In this document: positions 55,763-64,000 of the stretch, piece by piece
How positions within the stretch are numbered: the first letter of the stretch is position 1
Layout: the number at the start of each line of letters is the position of its first letter
Assembly: GCA_964016885.1 (NCBI GenBank)
Contig: OZ024751.1
Coordinates: 21,328,001 to 21,392,000 of the forward strand
DNA length: 64,000 nucleotides
DNA from: Eledone cirrhosa
Lineage: Eukaryota
Reading direction: 5' to 3'
Translations under genes and position numbers: made by a program
Notes under the pieces: model-generated
Seen by the model: only the letters and a program-made list of their open reading frames with translations
Databases searched by the model: none
What the model was told of the DNA's origin: nothing

Positions 55763-58700
55763 ACATCACCATCACCATTACCATCAACACTTCCACCACC
55801 ACTACCACAACCACCACAACCACCACCGACACAACCACTACCACCAACACCTCCACCACTACCACAGTCATCACCACCATCACCACTACCACAACCACCC
55901 CCGACACAACCACTACCACCAACACCTCCACCACTACCACAGTCATCACCACTACCACAACCACCACAACCACCACCGACACAACCATTACCACTAACAC
56001 CTCCACCACTACCACAGTCATCACCACTACCACAACCACCACAACCACCACTGACACAACCATTACCACCAACACCTCCACCACTACTACAGTCATCACC
56101 ACCATCACCACTACCACAACCACCACTGACACAACAATTACCACCAACACCTCCACCTCTACCACAGTCATCACCACCATCACCACTACCACAACCACCA
56201 CCGACACAACCACTACCACCAACACCTCCACCTCTACCACAGTCATCACCACCATCACCACTACCACAACCACCACCGACACAACCACTACCACCAACAC
56301 CTCCACCACTACTACAGTCATCACCACTACCACAACCACCACCGACACAACCACTACCACCAACACCTCCACCTCTACCACAGTCATCACCACCATCACC
56401 ACTACCACAACCACCACCGACACAACCACTACCACCAACACCTCCACCACTACCACAGTCATCACCACTACCACAATACACCACAACCACCACCGACACA
56501 ACCATTACCACCAACACCTCCACCACTACCACAGTCATCACCACCATCACCACTACCACAACCACCCCCGACACAACCACTACCACCAACACCTCCACCT
56601 CTACCACAGTCATCACCACCATCACCACTACCACAACCACCACCGACACAACTATTACCACCAACACCTCCACCACTACCACAGTCATCACCACCATCAC
56701 CACTACCACAACCACCACAACCACCACCGACACAACCATTACCACCAACACCTCCACCTCTACCACAGTCATCACCACTACCACAACCACCACTACCACA
56801 ACCATTACCACCAACACCTCCACCACTACTACAGTCATCACCACTACCACAACCACCACCGACACAACCATTACCACCAACACCTCCACCACTACCACAG
56901 TCATCACCACTACCACAACCACCACTACCACAACCATTACCACCAACACCTCCACCACTACCACAGTCATCACCACTACCACAACCACCACCGACACAAC
57001 CATTACCACCGACACCTCCACCACTACCACGAACACCACCACCACCACCACCACTATCATTACCCCCACCATCACCACCGCCACTGAAATCAACACTAAC
57101 ATCACAGCCACCACTACCACAGTCATCACCACTACCACCACTACCACAACCACCACCGACACAACTATTACCACCAACACCTCTACCACTACCAGAGTCA
57201 TCACCACCACCACCATCACCATCACTACCACCATCACCAACACCACTGAAACCAACATTAACATCACAGCTACAGCTACCACAGCCACCAAAACCACCAC
57301 CACCACCACCATAGCCACCACCACCACCACCATAGCCACCACCATAGCCACCACCATAGCCACAATCATCACCACCACGAACATTACCACTAACATCATC
57401 ACTAACATCACAACCACAACCACCGGTCCTACCACCATCGCCACTGCCTTCACCTCACGCCCCCTACCACCACCACTACCACCACCGCTACAAATACCAT
57501 ACGACTAACATCATACCTTTCACTACTGTCATTCAATCAATACAAACACCACTACCGCCAACACCATCACCATCACCACCAACAGTACCATCAACACCAC
57601 CATCAACAACAGTACCATCAACAACACCACCACCACTAACACCATCACCACCAACAGTACCATCAACACCACCATCAACAACAGTACCATCAACACCACC
57701 ACCACCACCACCACCAACACCAACACCACCACCACTAACACCATCACCACCAACAGTACCATCAACACCACCACCAACAACACCACCACTAACACTACCA
57801 CCAACAACACCACCACCGCCAATACCACCACCACCACCACCACCACCACCACCACCACGACCAACATCATCACCACAAACAGTACCATCAACACCATCAC
57901 CACCACCACCACCAACACCATCACCAACACCACCACCACCAACAGTACCATCAACACCATCACCACCACCAACACCAACACCACCACCACGAACAGTACC
58001 ATCAACACCATCACCACCACCACCACCAACACCATCACCACCACCACCACCAACACCACCACCACCAACAGTACCATCAACACCATCACCACCACCACCA
58101 CCAACACCACCACCACCAACAGTACCATCAAAACCATCACCACCACCAACACCACCACCACTAACACCACCACCACCAACAGTACCATCAACACCAGCAC
58201 CACCACCACCACCACCACCAACATCACCACCACCAACAGTACCATCAACACCACCACCACCAACAGTACCACCAACATCACCACCACCCACAGTACCATC
58301 AACACCACCACCACCACCAACACGAACATCACCACCACCAACACCAACATCACCACCACCAACACCAACATCACCACCACCAACAGTACCATCAACACCA
58401 CCATCAACACCAACAGCACTGACATTCAAACACCACTACCACAATTACCACCAACAACACCACCACCATTACCGCCAATATCATACCATTAACATCCATA
58501 CACCACCATTACCACTACCACAAACACCACCATTACCACTAATACTATACCAATAACATAATTACCATCGCTACTGACATTCAATCATTGCCACTGCCAC
58601 AACCACCACCATCAACACCGCCATCAACACCACCACCATTACCACCATCATCACACCCACCATTACCACCACCATTGCCACCGTCATCATCATCACCCCA

Positions 58701-59680
58701 CCGTCACCACCACCATTACCGTCAGTAACATCAACACCACCACCAATTAACTTCACTGCAATAACCTTCATCATAGCCACCATCACCACTACCACCACTG
58801 TAACCCCTACAACTCCCACCATTCAATCACCACCACCTCTACAATCACCCCTGCAATTACCACCTACCACCACCTCAAACTTTCGCCATCACCATCACCC
58901 TTCACTTACCGACCACTACCACTACCACCACCACCACAACTACCACTATCACCGTCACCACCATCACCTCTTCCACGACAACCATCACCACCTCCTCGAC
59001 AAAACATCACCACTACCATCACCACCACAACTATCCGTACATTCACTACTTCAAACATCACCACAGCTAACACCATCACCATCACCATCACCATCACCAT
59101 CACTACCAACAACTCTCGCCATCACCATCACCATCACTACAAACAACTCTCGCCATCACCATCACCATCACCATCACTACCAACAACTCTCGCCATCACC
59201 ATCACCATCACCATCACTACCAACAACTCTCGCCATCACCATCACCATCACCTTCACTACAAACAACTCTCACCATCACTAACACAACTCTCGCCATCAC
59301 CATCACCACCACCATCACCATCACCATCACTACCACAACTCTCGCCATCACCATCACCATCACCATCACTACCAACAACTCTCGCCATCACCATCACCTT
59401 CACTAACACAACTCTCACCATCACCATCACCATCACTACCACAACTCTCACCATCACCATCACCTTTACTACCACAACTCTCGCCATCACCATCACCATC
59501 ACCATCACCATCACCATCACTACCACAACTCTCACCATCACCATCACCATCATTACCAACAACTCTCGCCATCACCATCACCATCACCTTCACTAACACA
59601 ACTCTCACCATCACCCTCACCATCACCATCACCATCACTACCTCAACTATCGCCATCACCATCACCCTTCACCATCACCA
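55763..59680. repeat. About 4 kb of (ACC)-derived minisatellites in three blocks
   Basis: Units marked by ccgacacaacc/acagtcatc (55.8-57.2 kb), aacagtaccatc (57.55-58.4 kb) and caactctcgccatc (59.1-59.65 kb). Confidence 0.9.
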
Positions 59681-60109
59681 ACACAACCACCACGTGTATT
59701 CACTCACAACCACTACCTCCACCACTTAACCCCAACCGCTATCAACACCCCAGCCACCAGTAACTCCACCATCAACACCTATCAAATACCAACAACAATA
59801 ACAACAACTAACTCAACACAGGAACTTATGTTATAAATAGAAGCTAAATCTTCCTCATATATCACCTACCATCTTTAAAAAATGACGGAGACACATTAGA
59901 TAATGTAATCATGGATAGCCGTAAAGAGGCGTGATGGTCACGGTTGGAATATCTTTGATAATAGAACCGCTTGAATAGGGCTGAGCTGAGATTAAACAAC
60001 AACATAAAGCATCGCTATTGATCGATTCCCTGCTATACCACACCCGTCCCAACATTCACCATCCACCATCCACCATCCACCACTCCATCTATTCCATCCA
60101 TACACTTAC

Positions 60110-60149
60110 CAGCTGTCCGACGTCAACCCAAGCGTTCTTTAGCAATTTC
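60110..60149 (-). CDS. Candidate second exon (40 nt)
   Basis: ttttcaaag|G...CTG|gtaagt, phase-compatible with 60473-60633, adding K-KLLKNAWVDVGQL. Confidence 0.25.
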
Positions 60150-60472
60150 CTTTGAAAATCGTTATCTTATCCGAAATAAAAGGGACTAATAAATGTTTCC
60201 AAGGTATAACCCAATTCCCACATTTTCTTTTTGATTTGTTTATATAGTGGATTGTGTAGTTTTTCCGTAGTGCGTATGGTACAGGGAGAGGTAAGAAGAA
60301 TAAGCTGTAGGGAGTGGAGAGGGAGAAGTTAGAATATAATAGAATACAATAAAAACGAGATAAAACTTGTTTAATGTATTATACTTTCATTTGTTGTTAT
60401 TTAATTTTCGTTTTTGTCTTTTGTTTTTATTTTCGTTTGTCTTATTCCCTCTGCTATATCTGGGTTTCTTAC

Positions 60473-60633
60473 TTCAATATTCGCAGCACCATTTCTATTA
60501 TAGCGACTTCTAAAACTTCCGACTTGTATTTGTAAAATGCTACAGGCATTGTTTGACTATCTTGTTTGACACTGAGGAGCCGGTGGGGCCGGTGGGGCCG
60601 GTGGTGCTGTCGGTGGAGGTCATGTACGTCCAT
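60473..60633 (-). CDS. Candidate first coding exon of an unknown host gene
   Basis: gaaATGG start, 53 open codons (MDVHDLHRQHHRPHRPHRLLSVKQDSQTMPVAFYKYKSEVLEVAIIEMVLRIL) ending at an AA|gtaaga donor. No recognisable homology. Confidence 0.3.
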
Positions 60634-60901
60634 TTCGGTTGCCGATGACCATAGACTTCTAGTATCTGTTTATTGAATCAGAATTAGGCCATCCTATTTT
60701 TACATTAAATATACCATGTTAAGATGGGTGCTGGCGGAAGTGGTGGGGTGGGGGTGCAGCTACTGCTGCTGCTGGCAGATGTGGTGGGGTTGATGGGGTT
60801 TGGGGCGTGAGGAAGAGGAAGAGCTTTGTTGAAAAGGATTACTCAACCGTAAAGTACAACTGGAACCTATTTTTGCCAATCTGATAGACTACAGTAGTAG
60901 C

Positions 60902-60960
<59 letters not shown>

Positions 60961-61862
60961 GTGTAGTTGTAGTAGCAGCAGCAGTAGCAGCAGTAGCAGC
61001 AGCAACAGCAGCAGTAGTGGCTTGAACTTTCGACAATGCGATCGATAGTCGAACACATTAGCCTAATAGGCATTTAGCAGTTTAAAAAAAGTGCACTGGT
61101 TCCACCCTGGAGGAGTTAATAGAGCTATTCACATTATTACAAGTAAACCTTAGGGATATCAATTACATACGGGCGGTTAATAATATCATAAACCTCCACC
61201 ACCGCTCTCCCCGTCGCCACCAACGCCACCTCCAACACTATCAGCAGCAACAGTAACAAAAGCAACAACAACAACACCACAACCAAGACCAACATCGCCA
61301 CCACCATCTCCACCACAACACTCTTGCCACCACTCTCGCCACCACCCTCGCACTCCGCCGCCACCATCACAACCAAAACACCCACCACCACCACCACCAC
61401 CACCACCACCACCACCACCACCATCACAACCACCGCCACCACCAGCCCCCGCCCTTCGCTTGTAACATAAATATGTTCCGTATTTTTTACCACGGTAGTC
61501 ACCACATATTTATATAAAAATATGTTACAATAATTGTTTCTACTTTAAGCACAAGGCCAGCAATTTGAAGGGGAGGGGGAAAGTCGATTAACTCGACCCA
61601 ATTGCGTTACTGGTACTTTATTTTATCAAACCCGTAAGGATGAAAGGCAAAGTTAACCTCGGCAGGATTTTAACTCAGAACGTAATTAATTCAAGACAAT
61701 AAAAACACGTGTACACAAACACACAGACACATACACATACATGCAAACACAAACACAAATACACAGATACACACACACATAGAAATACCAAGTTATATAC
61801 ACACACAAATACACAAACACATACATACACACAAACACAAGGACATACACAGACGCATACAC

Positions 61863-61907
<45 letters not shown>

Positions 61908-62367
61908 TGCACACAGAAACATTCAAGAACATTCATACACACAAACACACAGACACATACACACGATAACAGACATGCACCATACACAAACACACACAAT
62001 ATACAGACACACAGACACACAGACACATAGAAATACACAGGCATATGCACACACACACACACAAAGGCACACGCACATGGATACACACATGCATACACTA
62101 GCACACACAAATACAGACACATACACACACGCACACACACACACACGTGCACACATAAACACACATTCAAGCACAAACACACATAGACAAACACACAGAC
62201 ACACATAGACACACACACATACACCTTAAATGACACGTGATGCGGGTGAAAGCGGTTCGGTGCTGTGGCAGGTGACAGGTGGCAGGAAGACTTCCCGGTT
62301 CACTGAAGTGGTTTAAAATGTATCCGATGAATTAAGAGCAAGAATTGCTGGAGCTGGTGCAATAACT

Positions 62368-62757
62368 GTTTCTACTTTAGGCACAAGGCCAGCAACAACC
62401 CCCAGTGCATTACTGGTACTTTATTTTATCGACCCTGAAAGGAAGAAAGGCAAAATTAACCTCGGCTGGATTTGAACTTAGACCGTAAAGGGCTGTAACT
62501 CTATGCCGCAAAGCATGACGTCCGACCCTCTACCGATACTGCCAATCCACCGCTTGTGCAATAATTGTTTCTACTTTAGGCACAAGGCCAGCAATTATCC
62601 AGTACATTACTGGTACTTTATTTTATCGACTCCGTAAGGATGAAAGGCAAAGTTAACCTCGGCGGGATTTGAACTCAGAATGGCAAGGGCCGTAACTCTA
62701 TGCGTCAAAGCATGGCGTCCGACCCTCTACCGATACTGCCAATCCACCGCTTGTGCA
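62368..62757 (-). mobile_element. SINE family 1, tandem pair (others at 61536-61685, 63157-63310, 63325-63420)
   Basis: Both units end in gccaatccaccgcttgtgcaataat. Confidence 0.85.
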
Positions 62758-62774
62758 ATAATACGTCATATTCA

Positions 62775-63125
62775 GGTGTTGGTCAGCAGATGTAGGGAGG
62801 TAGATGTAGAAGCCAAACTCGCTAACTTCAATTTGATGTTCGTACCTACCCTTACCTATGATCATGAATCTTGAGTAATGACCGAAAGAATATGATCACG
62901 AATACAATCGGCCGAAATGGGATTCCTCCGAGGAGTCTTTGGAGTAATGTTAATCAATAGGTTGCCTGTGGCAGTTACTCCAAGGAGAACCGCAACCTCT
63001 CTGAATCGAACGATCACAGCTCCGGTACTACAAACATGCGGTCAGAATATTTATGGAAAGAATCGGCTGTCAGAATTAACAGGCAAACCCAACCAGCAGG
63101 AGACCCAGAGGTAGACCTCGATACT
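62775..63125 (+). mobile_element. Decayed RTE (Expander/Rex3-like) ORF fragment
   Basis: AKLANFNLMFVPTLTYDHES*VMTERI*SRIQSAEMGFLRGVFG ... PTSRRPRGRPR. Confidence 0.8.
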
Positions 63126-63527
63126 GGCAATCCACTGCCATATACACCATAATAATTGTTTCTACTTTAGGCACAAGGCCAGCAATTACCCAGTGCATTA
63201 CTGGTACTTTATTTTATCGACCCCGTAAGGATGAAAGGCAAAGTCAACCTCGGCGGGATTTGAACTCAGATCGTAAAGGAACGTAACTATGCCGATACTA
63301 CTGCCAATCCATAATAATAACAGAAGACCAGCAATTTGGTGAATGGGGAAAATCGATTATATCAACTCCAGAAGAAAGAGGAAAGTTTTAATCCGGCGGA
63401 ATTTGAACTCAAAACACAGAAGGATAAAACAGATAGATAGATAGATAGATACATACATACATAGATAGATAGAGAAAACAAAAAGAAGAGAGATGTGATT
63501 TATACACATTCCCCCATATATATATAT

Positions 63528-63622
<95 letters not shown>

Positions 63623-63645
63623 TGTATGTATATATATATATATAT

Positions 63646-64000
63646 GTCAGGTTACCAGTTGGTGCTACTGGTAACATGTATCCCAGTACAACCTGTCTCG
63701 TGGTCGGGTCGTTGGCGACTAAACTGGCAACCCCACCAAGGTTTCTTGGTGAGGAGGGTGACTTTGGACATCCTGCAGGACTAAAAACAAAACCTGTCAA
63801 AGGGCAAAGGAGCTCTTAAGACTCAGTGGCCATCCAAAATCACCGGGAGAGATGACCCCTTAGCCTTTGTCAAGGCAGAATTCTAGGAGAAGGAAAACTC
63901 TGATATAACACCTGCAACCCTGATGGTATCCAATGATGTTGACTTGTTCTTCTTTTTGGTAAATATCATCTTGGTTAAGAGAGTGGGACTGGCTTTGTGC
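63646..64000 (+). mobile_element. Second copy of the RTE-type 5' UTR element, runs off the window
   Basis: 63691-64000 is near-identical to 39048-39358 and carries about 45 extra 5' nt with the hairpin gttaccagt/actggtaac. Confidence 0.75.

Noticed and set aside
55499-57508. 669-aa Pro/Thr-rich mucin-like ORF and overlapping poly-Val/Gly ORFs
   Set aside because: It is open on both strands because (ACC)n-derived repeats lack stops. It starts in CA repeats and has no signal peptide, domain or splice support.
63646-63740. HDV-like ribozyme at the RTE 5' end (also sought at the R4-type 5' end, about 38850-38944)
   Set aside because: Hairpins are present, but I could not assemble P1/P1.1/P2/P3/P4 in the required order by eye.

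Overview
This is AT-rich eukaryotic DNA saturated with microsatellites. The tRNA-headed SINE families and the extreme (TA)n/(CA)n density suggest a cephalopod, probably Octopus (inference, not database-checked). Nearly all supplied ORFs are microsatellite artefacts, and I see no intact host gene, rRNA, tRNA gene or CRISPR array. Main result: the short 'unique' islands between (TA)n tracts are mostly small retroelements carrying type I hammerhead ribozymes (HHR). Seven have a complete core and all three stems: 333-385(-), 1002-1062(+), 1286-1338(+), 1504-1563(+), 8089-8168(+), 20708-20772(-) and 40863-40905(-). About 20 further partial or decayed copies belong to these and other sequence families. 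Many are fold-backs whose inversion point lies in HHR stem II. One copy is joined to a Penelope GIY-YIG C-terminal remnant, which links the system to Penelope-like elements (PLEs). The window also holds an RT-deleted R4/Dong-type LINE sitting in (TGTA)n, RTE remnants, a mini-mariner, about 35 SINE copies, compound minisatellites and a few speculative minus-strand exons. All folds and coordinates were read by eye.
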